A stretch of 63,294 bases of DNA, counting the filler, from Sphacelaria rigidula (lineage: Eukaryota), in NCBI GenBank assembly GCA_964200075.2. It is 7 parts of 7 records of this genome, joined end to end, with 100 filler letters (N's around TTAATTAATTAA, not from the genome) between each part and the next. Parts side by side here need not be neighbours in the genome. Positions count along the whole stretch, not along the records: positions 1 to 8,957 come from CAXNAA020009657.1; positions 9,058 to 18,014 come from CAXNAA020009658.1; 5 more parts are not named here. One strand, 5' to 3'. Shown one piece after another: positions 1 to 12,200 of this stretch. Position 1 is the stretch's first letter. Every line of letters begins with the position of its first letter. Below the pieces are notes generated by a model, which did no database searches, was not told the origin of the DNA, and worked only from the letters and a program-made list of their open reading frames with translations. Position numbers and translations under genes: made by a program.

Positions 1-1850
1 ATAGTCATGAGACCATTGACCTCGCATCCCTACGAAGCCGGGACGGAGCACGCAGGGTTTTCGCCGGACCAGGCGGGGGGGGCTGTTTTTTTACTCGTGT
101 AGGGAGCCGCAAGTGTAGTACATCCGAAGTCTCTCGATGCTAGAAGCAATGATAATCAACGTACGCCGATCTGATGTTTTGTCTCGGACGGAAACGCTGG
201 GCATTTCAGACGGTTGGGGATGGACGGTATTCACATTTTGTGCCCTTGCAGTGTGGCAGCAATTACACCTACAGTTGGCATGCGGCGTAAATTTTGACCA
301 ATGCCTCAAGAATGAAAAAAGTCGGGGGAATATGCAAACGCGATCCAAAGCCAGCCCCCCAATGACTTGGATTTAAGGCGTTCCGCATAAACCGCGATGA
401 TCCGAGGGCGATTTGAGGCTATCCAGACAAGGGGGTATATGGGACCCGAAAAATCGTCACACAAGCTCCGAATGAGAACCCGGTGTAAGGCAGTAATTAT
501 TACAACCGCGGATCGCAGCATTTGTTATATCGCCTGCATCCCAGCGCAGTCATTTTTTTCCATGAGGGGAAACAACTCTGCACGTCCATGAGATGGTGCA
601 AAATGACACGGAAACCAGCTTGGAAATTCATGCCCCCGCCCACCCCCCGCAATGGTCTTACGACTACAGGAATGCAAAATCATGAGTACAACCCCCCCCC
701 ACCCCCCCGTCCAGCGAAAACCTGGCGTCCTCCAGCTCGAATTTAGAGGGCTGGCTTTGGAGGGTTGCGGGCTCAACGGTTTCATGACAACGACATACAA
801 GAGGGCAGGCATCCCCCTTATCCACCTCCCTCATCCCCGGCCGTTTTTGGACGACTCAAAAAATTGATGCGAGCGCTCTACTTTCCATTCAAGTTCCGAG
901 CCTGGGCTGAAAATAGTGTACCCGTAATTGTGCGAGTCATCGCACACCCCCTGGGCCGAATTTCAAAGCTCGATTACTCCACAACAAGAAGAACATCAGT
1001 TCTGAAAAGGGTGACGCTGAAAAGATCTCGTCGATAGCTGTCCGAAAACGCATCGTTTGGTATTGGCACCCTCTTTGTCATGGAGTAATCGAGCCTTGAA
1101 ATTCGGTCCAGGGGGTGTGCGATGACTCGCACAATTACGGGTAGTTGCCAGCGCGTTTGCTACTGTGTCGATTTGAAGGGGTGGCTGCCAATTTATGCAA
1201 ATGTGTACCATGCTGCAGTGTAGATGAGAGTCTGCAGTAGTGCGGCGTGGTCCAGAGGGTGGTACCAAGCAAGACAACTATTTACACACATGCCATACCA
1301 AACATGCACACACCAGTATCGTTACATAGCGAAAAATCATCTTGACCTGTGACTAGCTGCTCCTCGCCAATGACACCCTGTTGTGACCGACCCATAAATG
1401 CTGCGTTCACAAACACCGAGGACAACTTACCGAAGCACAAAAACCACTCACAAGTGTCGAACTGCCCGAAACGAGCCGCGTGCGTGGGTAGCAGCAGAAT
1501 CATTACTCGAGGGTTCACGGTCTACGGTAGGGGTTGGAGTTGAGCTCAGGGCTAAACAACAGTAACTTGCAAAATCACGCCAACCATTAATTATTTTGAA
1601 AGACGAAACCCCCCGCAAAACTTTGGAAATGACCACGCGGTCGGATGCAACTTTCCCGGAAGTTCTTCTTCATTTGATTTGCATAAGGACACCAATATTC
1701 GGATCTTAAGTGCTAGCAAGCAGTCTCATGTGCTCCTCTAGTAGAGTGCGCAGCACGTTCTTGTGTTGCCACCTTTTGCCTAGGGAACACTTCGCACCCC
1801 CCTCGCACGAGGGTTCTCATTATGCCTTGGGTTGTGGTGAGAATCAGGGT

Positions 1851-2367
1851 TCAACCCTTGGACCGCGGTGCGGGTAGTCCGTCTGGATCACGCATACTTT
1901 TTTCTGATCAAGTATTGATGCCGATTCAGCAGGCAATCTACCCTCGCGGTCAAAGGATTAAAGACGTCGAGAGTAGGTCATCTGTTGAATCGGCATCAGC
2001 TTCACTTGAAAAAGGTATCCGTGGTCCAGATGGACTACCCTCGCGGTCTAAGGGTTAACCCTCGGACCGCGAGGAGGGTAGTCTATCTGGATCACGGATA
2101 CTTCCCCGAGTGAAATTGATGCTGATTCGGCACGTGACCTACCCTCGCGGTCAAAGGGTTAACGTTAATTCGAGGAAACTATTTCCGAGAATTTCGTTGT
2201 CGGATCAAGTGGTGAACTGACCTCCCGCGAACCCACTCGGCCGGTAAAATTGCTGTATTAACCCTTTGACCGGGAGGGTACGTCACGTACTGAATCGGCA
2301 TCAATTTCACTTGAAAAAAGACTGCATGATCCAAATGGACTACCCTCCTCGTGGTCTAAGCGTTAAC
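1851..2367. mobile_element. Cluster of four ~100-bp TTAA-flanked MITEs (piggyBac-like CCCT...AGGG ends)
   Basis: TIRs CCCTYGGACCGCGAGGGTAG / CTACCCTCGCGGTCAAAGGG; TTAA at 2055, 2159, 2258, 2363. Confidence 0.85.
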
Positions 2368-4669
2368 CATAGACACACAACACGGATGTTCTTTGCATGG
2401 GCAGGAGGTGGGTGAATGGATACAGAAGGGATTTTTTTGTGTGTGTGAAGAGAAAAATGGTAGCGACACGAGAATCCTCACGGGACAGCGCCCGCTTTCC
2501 TTTCAGCCGAGGCGGAAGTGTGCTACTGTATGTACTGCACCCCAGTGTTTGTTGTCTGTACATTTCGCTATTCCACCATTTATTCCATTGGTGAACGGAG
2601 CGCGCTCGCGAGCGCCGCATACATACATTACCGCTGCGATATACGTTTTGGGTACTCGCTCACTTCGAAGTCTTCTCCAAGTCTGGGGTTTAGTACTACG
2701 TTCGCGACAACAGTGTTGGTCGACACGTCGACTATTTTTCTTCGCTTTGTTTACTGTTAGTTACGCCGCATGCAAGTCTATCCCGACTCTGCTGAATGAA
2801 GCACTGTTCCGTGTTGCGCTGTACTGTTGTGTGTGTACGCAGTTTACTTTCTTCTTTGCCAACGCTAACAACAACAACAACAATACGGTACAAGATAGAC
2901 TAGCGTAAGGGTGCAGTCTACTCCAATTGTGTGTACAATGAAAAGGCGTAACGCTAGCTAGCTCCCGCGCGTGTTATCTCCGCTCGCAAGAAAGGGCAGG
3001 ATGGCAACGACCACCCAACGGATCACACACTCACACACTCACACACACACACACACACACACAACAGCTCTTCGCACCCTGGATTGCAGCGCCTAAAGTG
3101 ACCAACCTGACCTATCTATGAGCGCCGCCAGAGACAAATACACTCACCATGCCTGTAGCGTTCAATCAAATCGGCAACCTCAGTGTTGGACGTAGGGATA
3201 ACTGACTGTGTGCCCGTGGGGAAGTCTGAGGTCCCACCTCCCAACACTCAACCCTTCGACAAGTAGGGTAGGTGATCTGTAGGATCGGTGTCACGTTCAC
3301 CAAAAAAAATATTACTGCGTGACCCAGATGACCTACCCATCCTGGCAGTGGAAGGGTCAACCCCTTGACTGCTGGAGTAGGTCACCTGTCGAATCGGCAT
3401 CACTCTTACACTTGAAAAAAATGATTTGAAAAAATGGAGGTGAGACGCACATACGTAGTCCACCTTGGTTGGTCTCGTTGGTGAAAGAGGTGGAAGGGAC
3501 CGGGATGAGAAATCATTCGAGAAAAAATCGTTTTTTTTTTCCCGAGGATTTAGGTCCCGTGATCGCTGACGGCTATGATTCGTGGCTATCCTTACTCTGA
3601 AACAGACATCAAAAGGGATATACAGTCAGTACATCCCTTCTGTCGCGGGGGTGGTCCATCCGGATCATGCATACGTTTTTCAAGTGGAATTGATGCCGGT
3701 TTCATAGATGACCTCCTCTTGCGGTCAAGGGGATATCCATCAAACAAAACACGGCGTAAAAATGACCAAAAAGATTTCGGGTTTTCGCAACGACGGGTCC
3801 TGTATCCTACTTATCGAAAAATGCGGCACAACCTCTTTTCAAATTACAACCCAAACATCCGCCAAATCATAACTTGGTAATTTTCTGTGAGGGTTGTCGA
3901 CCGAATCAGCGACAGTAGACTCCACCACTTGGTAGTTCAAGATAGTTCTCGGAAATTTATGGCTTGTGGACAGGTGCAGTATTGGATATTAGTGTAGACA
4001 CCGAAATCCGCATCTTTGGAGGGGCTGTGCTCCTGGTGTGCTCCTTGCGTGCGCAGAACGCGTTTTTGTCTAAATCGGCGCCGATTTGAGGTCTGGCAGT
4101 AAAAAATCTCATGGGCGAACGCGGGGAAACGCGGTGAAGGGGAAATAAAAAAAATGACCCCCGGGTTCAGGAGGCGCATACAAAATCGGCACTCCATGTA
4201 GTCTGTATATAAATATGGATCGTGTTTTGCATTTCGAACCCTTTTTCCTACAAAAATGAATATCATCGGAGCAAACAGGAAAATGGGAAAGGGGCAAAAG
4301 GAAAAAACACCGGAAACGACCTGAAACCATCCATTTCTCGGTGCGGGAGTTCTTTTCTTTCTTTTTTTTTGTCCGCTGTGTTTGTGCTGAAAATGTGAAA
4401 ATCTTGTTGCGAATTTTGGGATCTTGCGGGCAAACGAGATGTGACCGGATGGAATGTTATCCCGGGCGGGCGCGACTTCGGGTCTGTGCCACAGGCGGTC
4501 GTGATCTGGTCGATTCGATGGCCACAGTAGTGACTTCGTACACCCTGGATGATGTAGGCCGTGTTTTGACGAGACGAGAAAAAGTGAGGACGCATTCTGA
4601 GAGCGAGAATAATTTTGGCGATTTCGGGGAATTCTTCATTTCCTTGTGCTCTCAATTGGTTGGCTGTCA

Positions 4670-4866
4670 GCCCGTGTCTCATCTCGGCACATCACTTCTC
4701 GATCGAAAAAGTGCGGTGGAAACCAGAAATTCCGATCTCATAGGTCGTGATTTCAACCATCTTCAAAATAAACTGCGACGATTGAAATCACGACCTATCG
4801 GATCGGAGTTTTCCTTTTCCATCATCGCAGATTTTCGGTGGAAAAAAAAATGTGCTGTAAGACACA
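4670..4866. repeat. Degenerate foldback, ~90-bp arms
   Basis: ATAGGTCGTGATTTCAA / TTGAAATCACGACCTAT core, extending to GTGTCT/AGACAC. Confidence 0.7.
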
Positions 4867-5308
4867 CCCTCAGAGCTGTCAACCCATCGGAAGGACAAGA
4901 AAAAAAAGAAAAAACACTGCTTATCACGACGCTTACTCACTTTTCTTGTCTACTTGATCCTTCGGGAGCCTATCGACGATTCTTGTTTTTTTTAATCGGC
5001 ATCATTTTGATCTAAAAATGACTTGGAAATGACTGAAAGTGACGCCGATTCACAGAAAACAAAAAATTGTCAACGGGTTCCAAAAGGGTTAAAAACGGGC
5101 CCTATACGGTCAATAGTTGCGATAGGTCTATACTTTACGCCCTTCAATGTTTCTATTGCAACAACTACTGACCATGTATATACATATATACATATATGTA
5201 TATATATATGTATATATCGCCCACGGTGTGGATTTTTTCAATATTTCAAACCCTGGTCAAAGAGGACAACATTCGCGAAAAGTGTACGGCGCACAGAGTC
5301 GAATTTAT

Positions 5309-5701
5309 CAAGTTTGTGTTCTGTAGGGTATACTTGGAAGATGGGGGTTTTCGGCTGGCGTAACTGAACCATGCCGAAATGTGTAGCAAACATTCCGGTA
5401 TGGTTCTGTCGGAAGGATATCGAGCCCTGTCTCCGAACACTCCGGTGTGGTCTGCAAGGGTACTAACCGATATAATTCCTGTATTTCTCTTACGCAAAAT
5501 ACCCCGGTTTCAATTGGTTATCCCAAAGAACACAACCTCGATTTTTTTTTTTGTCTTTTGCACAAGGGCAATAGATCCGATTCTGTACCGTACGCGTGGG
5601 GTACATTTTTTCCTCATGTAGTCCATCGCCCAGGGTGTCAAATGTTTGTTTTCTCATGACATTTTCAAGGTTGCGTCCTGTAAGGTCCATCATACCCTGA
5701 A

Positions 5702-5734
<33 letters not shown>

Positions 5735-6906
5735 GGACGGAAAGTGGCATACTAAACCATACCGAAGTGTGTACCGTACATTCCACCCCTTGGACAATAT
5801 TTGGCCAATAGTTGCAAAAGACAATAAATGTACTGCTTGAAGTATAGGCCTATTACAACTATTGACCGTACATTGTCCAAGGCGCGAAACATTCCGGTAC
5901 AGTCCGGCAGGGTATTTGCCGGTAAAGCCCCCCTTTTTGGACTATAATGGTGTAATACCAGAGTTGTGAACTGGTTGGGTAACCGTTCGACTGATTGCAA
6001 AAATTACAACCAGTTACATTTATCAGTCAAAACAGGATAACTAGCGGCGAAGCCGTCCCGCGACTCCCCCAGCGTTGCCTGACAAGGCAACGCGGCGGAG
6101 TCGCATAAACGGTAGCCCCCGTCTAGTGAGGGGGGGGCGCCGGAGGCAAGAAAATTACGTCATTTAGCTTCACATCTCTTCAAAATCGCGGTGAATTCGA
6201 GCCTCCTGGCGCCAGCAATTCGAGCTCGTGGTCGGTTCATAAAAATATATGTGTATGGGGGAAAAGGCAATATCCCTCAACTTTGCGACGTGAATTCAAT
6301 AAAACGAAGCGGTGAGAGAGTAGTGCAGCATACATAGCGTTACACGTGTACCACCCAAGCGCCAAGAGCTACTAGTCGCACGACAACTTCGTAACGTTGT
6401 TGAGTGTGACTTCATCAACCAAGAAAAAAATGACACGGAAATCTCGACCCTTCCTCATGCTTCGATATCATTGACCAGCCACCACTCAAGGCTATGAAAC
6501 GCAGTCTTGCTCCACATTTCAGATCCACTCAATCAACAACTAACTGGTCGTGCCCAACCTCTATTTTTTTTGTATTAGAATGTTTTACCTGCGATATTCG
6601 TGTTCACGTCTAGGTGTGTGCGCTGTGCGGTCATGTACTCGCCTCTGTAACAGCGTCCCCACGGTCATTGTAGAACAACAATACTTCAGAGATGTTGATT
6701 CGAATATAACACATGTGTCCACAGAACACTTTGGAGTATGACACATATGTCGGATGAAATAACTGGTTCAACTGGTTACAAAACCGATCAGTTGGTCAGT
6801 TGTACCAGTTAACAGTAACTGGTCAGTTAAACTGGCAGCCAGTTCACAACTCTAGTACATACCGTACCCGAATTTGAGCCGGTATACCCTACAGAATACA
6901 ACCTTG
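5309..6906. mobile_element. Non-autonomous TIR element with a nested insertion
   Basis: 25-bp TIRs CAAGTTTGTGTTCTGTAGGGTATAC / GTATACCCTACAGAATACAACCTTG (23/25 match). Confidence 0.7.
5959..6854. mobile_element. hAT-type non-autonomous element nested in 5309-6906
   Basis: TIRs CAGAGTTGTGAACTGG / CCAGTTCACAACTCTA, subterminal AACTGG repeats, near-8-bp TSD GTA-ATAC / GTACATAC. Confidence 0.75.
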
Positions 6907-8447
6907 CATTCTTCCGTCGGTTGTGTATCACCGTTGTGACGGTCGCACTACTGACTGTAGAGGGCTCGGTAGGACAGGCAGTATACACGCTCCGGGGTTC
7001 ACCTCCCAGCGCTCACCCTCGAGCTTTTTTCCGATAAATCCTCCACTACAGGAGTCTCATTACTTACATGCACTAGGTGGTGGATACGAGGACTGATATG
7101 GACTACTTTGCCGTGAGAGGGTTGGGGGAAGAGGGTTTACGCGAGTGCCAAATGACCATGGTGTGCGCTTGCTGGATGTAACTCTAACTCCAACCGTAAC
7201 CCTCCACCCGTAACCCGAACCCGAACTCTACGCATAGGGTGGATTCTCGGGTGGCGAATATGCATAGGGTGCCTTGATGAGAGCTCGAATCAGCACCGTC
7301 GGTGCCGATTTGAGTAAAACGGCGTGCTGTAACAAAAGCAACAAGAACCAAAGTCAGCATCTTTAACTCGTAGAAAAGCGAAAGGAAGTTAACTGTTGAA
7401 ATAACGGCATCGATGTCACTTGAAAAAAAGTATGCATTATCCGGATGGACTCACTGCTCTCGCGGGGTCCAAGGTTCAAACCCGTACTTCTACTGTTGAC
7501 GACAAAACCGGCGTAGATTCCCCCCCCCCCCTCAGTCAGAGAACTGCTGAATCGCGCCCTGGTCTGCACATTCCAAAATGAATCATCAGCCTGGACCGCG
7601 TTGAGGAAAGCTGAGTGGATTTGTTTTGTGTATATCTGGATACAAACGTTCTGGTCCGGCGGAACTTTGATCGTTCACCGCCGCGGGCGTACAGCTATCC
7701 ATTTTGCCGCAGACCCGATTTTGCGAAGACCGATTTATGGGGCCCAGAACAAAAAAAGAAGAACGTTGGTCGAGATTGGGTCATTGCATTTTCGGACCCT
7801 CCAAGGCGCTCTTCTGCCTGATGAGAACCGGGGTCACCGGACCACCAATTGTCGGGAGAAATGTTTACATATACTGAGTTTATTGACATGACTCCGAATC
7901 ATTTTTTTTTTTCCGAGCGTTCAGTATGACAGTAGTTCCCCGTGTATGTCCTTTGTGTTTGTCCAGGAACAATGAAATATAACCCTACCTACTTCGAAAC
8001 GAGCGAACGCACAAAAGATGGCGAGACGTTGCTCGAGGGGGGAAAAATTAACGTCTCTAATGTTTGTCTCACAATAAAAAATCCAAAACAAACGAGTTTC
8101 CCCCGAGGAGTTGGGGCGCGGTGACCCTCGAGTTCATCTGGAGAAAGATGAAACTCCAGAGGCTTGAAACAAATAACCCATGGTTGACGACGACTTTTTT
8201 CGAGGTCCCACAAAAAGTTGGTCCGACGCTAAGGGGCTAGCTCCTTCGAAAACTGGGGGGTACGATGATCTCACGTATTGCGTATCCGTTTGTGTTTGCT
8301 AGTTTGTTGGAAATGCGAGATGGAGATGGTGGGGGGTATTACCAACGGTTCGATTTCCCCCCACCCAACCACCCAACCCCGCGCGCAAAATCTCCGAATT
8401 ATTCGGAGACAGAACTTCTTGTCCAGAAAATGTTGAGAGCAAATATC

Positions 8448-8762
8448 TTGACCCCTGGATAGCGAGAGTAGGTTATCTATTAAATTGGCATAAATTTCAC
8501 TTGAAAAAATGATGCACGATCCAGATGGACTGCCCTCGCGGTATAAGGGTCAACCCTTAGACCGCGAGGGTAGGCCACCTGCTGAATCGGCATCAATGTA
8601 TCTTCACTTGAAAAAAAACTATGCGTGATCCAGATGGACTACCCGCACCGCTGTCTAAGCGGTTAACCCCTCGACCGCGAGGGTAGCATCATCCAGTCAT
8701 GCATGAAGTTTTCACGTGAAATTAATGCTGATTCAACAGATGACTCGCGGTCGAAGGGATAA
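8448..8762. mobile_element. Three abutting copies of the same ~100-bp TTAA MITE (others at 3248-3420, 3632-3733, 7395-7480, partial 36616-36680)
   Basis: Same TIRs and core GAATCGGCATCAATTTCACTTGAAAAAA; junctions TCAA at 8550 and TTAA at 8663. Confidence 0.85.
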
Positions 8763-9299
8763 TTTACCCTTTGAGTGCGAGGGTCACTTCGGAGCAATTT
8801 CACCCTCTGACAGGTCAGGGACATCTAGGGGCTTCCTGGGAGTGTACTCATGATCTTCCTGGGAGTGGAGGGGGGGGTGGTTTTTGGCAGGGGGGGGGAG
8901 GAGGGGGGGGGGGGGGGCTGAAGCCGCAGTGAGCCCTAGAAAAGGAAAGAACCGTCGNNNNNNNNNNNNNNNNNNNNNNNNNNNNNNNNNNNNNNNNNNN
9001 NTTAATTAATTAANNNNNNNNNNNNNNNNNNNNNNNNNNNNNNNNNNNNNNNNNNNNATTTGTTGCTTGCCTTAGTCGCTCGACCATTGACCACGCATCC
9101 CTTTCGAGACGGGGCATTCCAGGGGGGGCGGGGGGCGGGGGGGCAAAAACAAAAAATCCAAGAAACTCTCAAAATATTTATCAACAAGAGGCCCAAATGG
9201 GGTATATTTTGACCTGATTTTAGTATTGAACGGGTTACTTTTTTCAACTTTTTGTTTTTTTCATCATCTTCGTAGGCTTTAATCGACCCACCCACAGAC

Positions 9300-12200
9300 T
9301 TCGGTAAATCGAATCCTGTCGGGAGAAGGTGCCCCGTCTTCCAGATCCTCGGGAACAAAGGCTGGAGCTAGCCGGACCCACTGCTCTTGCACCGCCATCC
9401 ACTGGGTAATCAGTTCCTGCGACGTGAACGGCAACCATCGATGTTTCGTAGCGTATCAACCAACAAGCCATTCACGCACTGTTTCTCGCTGCATAACACC
9501 TCAGTTGCGACTCACTACAGTTAGTTGTTATTATGGTTGTTCTTCTTGGTAGTAGGGGTGGTGGTTCTGTTGTTGCGTTTGTTGTTGCAGCTTCTGCTGC
9601 TGCTGCTGCTGCTGATCTTGTTAGTGAGGGCTTATCACTTAGGACCCCTATCTCTCAACTCTTACTGTAGGTGTGCCATACACTCCCCAGCAGGCGCTTG
9701 CTGCTACAAGAAGCAATCGTTTCTCCGAGGAGATAAGCTTGTCACTTGACGGCCATTCCTCACCCGTCTTTCGGGTCGTGAAACGTTTCGGTGCCAAAGG
9801 AAGCGCGCAGTTTCGAAAATCATGAGGGTAGATAGAGCCCGGATTTTTCGCTGTGAGCGCTGCGCAATCATCGGCAGTCCCTATAAGACACGGCGTGAAA
9901 CGTTCTCTTTTCTTTGCACTGGTCAGTTTGGCTATGCTGAGACAACACTGCGGGTATTCTCTGCCTTGCCTCACCGCCAGGGAATATTACGGTCCACTCT
10001 TCGAATGCCCAAGTTAGGCCAATAGCTCCGGGTCGACGTATCGTTTCTGAATGTTTATGACACCGATCAGCGCTGTGAAGCACGCTATATCGTTCCCAGT
10101 TACTCCGGGGGTGATAAAGATGACCAGGGTGGTATTTGACCCTTCAAACCGCGACCATAGTTTGTTTTGGTCCTTGCATGCTCGTCCTGCGCTGTGCGAC
10201 TTGATTGCTGTTCGCGGAATACTTGTACGGCACCGATTCCACATACCGTCACGGTCGGAAAGCCATGCCACTGGATTACGAAACCTTTACAGAAGGTCCA
10301 TAAGGTATTTTTGATTCCCTGGCCGCCATGTACTGTGTGAGAGGACCGCGTGCTTAGATGACCGCATCGTAGTTCGAAACACCTCAGGATCGACGTATTT
10401 GAAAACCAATCGGGCCAGTCCCTCCAGGGACCACGCCCTTGACCCTGACCCCAACACTAACCCTAACGTTAACCATAGGGATGTTCAAATTCTGATGCGG
10501 TCCTCTAAGCACGCGGTCCTCTCACGCATTACAGACTTACTGTTTTAGGTACATGCTTGAGTAGGATTGTTCCGTGCTTGGAGTACGTGAGTCGTACATG
10601 TACCCCGCTCGTCGTAAATGCAGTAACACGTCCCCGTTAGCATACGGTAATCAACGGGCCATGTACCGGGGAGCTACATAATGTATAGCCCGCTCTGCTT
10701 TACGTAGGATACCGGACCCTGCACTCACCGAAGAGTCTTCACTCGTAACAGCCGATCACCGAAATTGAGGATGGAGCTTTTCAATGAAGATGAGAACCCG
10801 GAGAATTATATCTTCGTATCTACGCCAAGTCATTGAAATATGGTTCCATACCTTCACCTACTGGTAGCTATCGACAACTACAACACGCCATACAAATTCA
10901 GGTCCTGATAACCGACATATTGGAGTCCTAGGTAATGAAAAAAAAGAAGAATTTGGGGGAATTTAGGTGATCCGATCGGATCGCCGAAATTCCCCAAAAT
11001 TGCTTTTTCACCTCGGACCCCCAACATTTCGGTTATCGAAATTCAAATTTGTATAGCGTGAAGTAGTTATCAACAGCTACTAGGAAGTGAAGGGATGGAG
11101 CCATATTTCGAAGATTCGGTGTAGATCACAATATTGGAATTCTCCGGGTTCTCATCCTCAACGAAAAGCTCCATCCTCAATTTCGATGATCTTCTCTTGT
11201 TGTGAGGAATTCCTCGAAGTCAAGGTGAGTGAACACGTGCGTGTTCTCACACAAAAAGGTTCCGTTCTGACATTGACGATACCAAGCGGAAACCCCGCGT
11301 GATATATTGAGGGCCCGCTGAAGCCTAGATAGACACCGTTTTACTACGCTCTCATACCTGAAACCACGAAATTTTCCTCTGCCAATGAAGCGCAGCGTCA
11401 TGGATGTTCTCGGCCGTCAGCAATACTGAAGGCGCATCGACGATGCTGTCGATCACCACCCGACAGTGTTCCGCTAGCGTCAACATCTCGTCGCCATTCG
11501 ACAACAAGGTAGTGAAACCCACGCTGGGAGGGTCGTGTTCGCTCTCGCCGGCGCCCCCTTGCCCACTCCCGAGCGCCCGCGCAGGTGCATGGTATCCGCT
11601 CGTGACGACCATGGGCTCGGCTAAGACTTTGGCGTACAGCAAGCGTATATTGAGCGAATCCGCATCGACAATGGAACGCTGCTCTGTGTCGCCCGGAGAG
11701 GGCAACTTCTCGTCGAACTTCCAGTTGAACTGCATGGTTACACCTTGCCACACATCCTCCAGCTCCTTTTTGGCGTTTTTTAGGGCATAGATGACGCGAT
11801 TGGATTTCATGCGGCGGGAGTCATGGGGATGAAGAGAGCACATCACTCGTGCGTGGCCTTCCATAAGTCTTGTACCTCAGAATACGGCAGAGTGGTTGCC
11901 TGTTACTCGCCGAGATTCCTTTTCAGCGGTGGAGAAGAAGGAGTTCGTGTTCTGGGCTGTGGCACATTTGAAAACTCACCTCCAGGTGGAACCCAGGGAC
12001 AACAAACGTTATACGAATACTTGAACAGTAGTGGGAGATGGTACATCGGACAGCACACCCAGCAATTTGGATTCTGTGTGGGAAAGGTTTCGCCGCAAAC
12101 CGCGGGGAAAAGACGCGTGCTTACTTCGCAGGACAAAGAAGAGTTATTCTTCGGAGTAGCAACCTAAGCGGGTCCATCACCTGCAGCGTTTGTTGAAGCA

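Noticed and set aside
4341-5015. 224-aa ORF
   Set aside because: Runs through foldback/TE-like sequence, starts at GTG, no domain signal
9002-9013. Regularly spaced TTAATTAATTAA palindromes as a biological signal
   Set aside because: Embedded in N runs; artificial six-frame-stop linker
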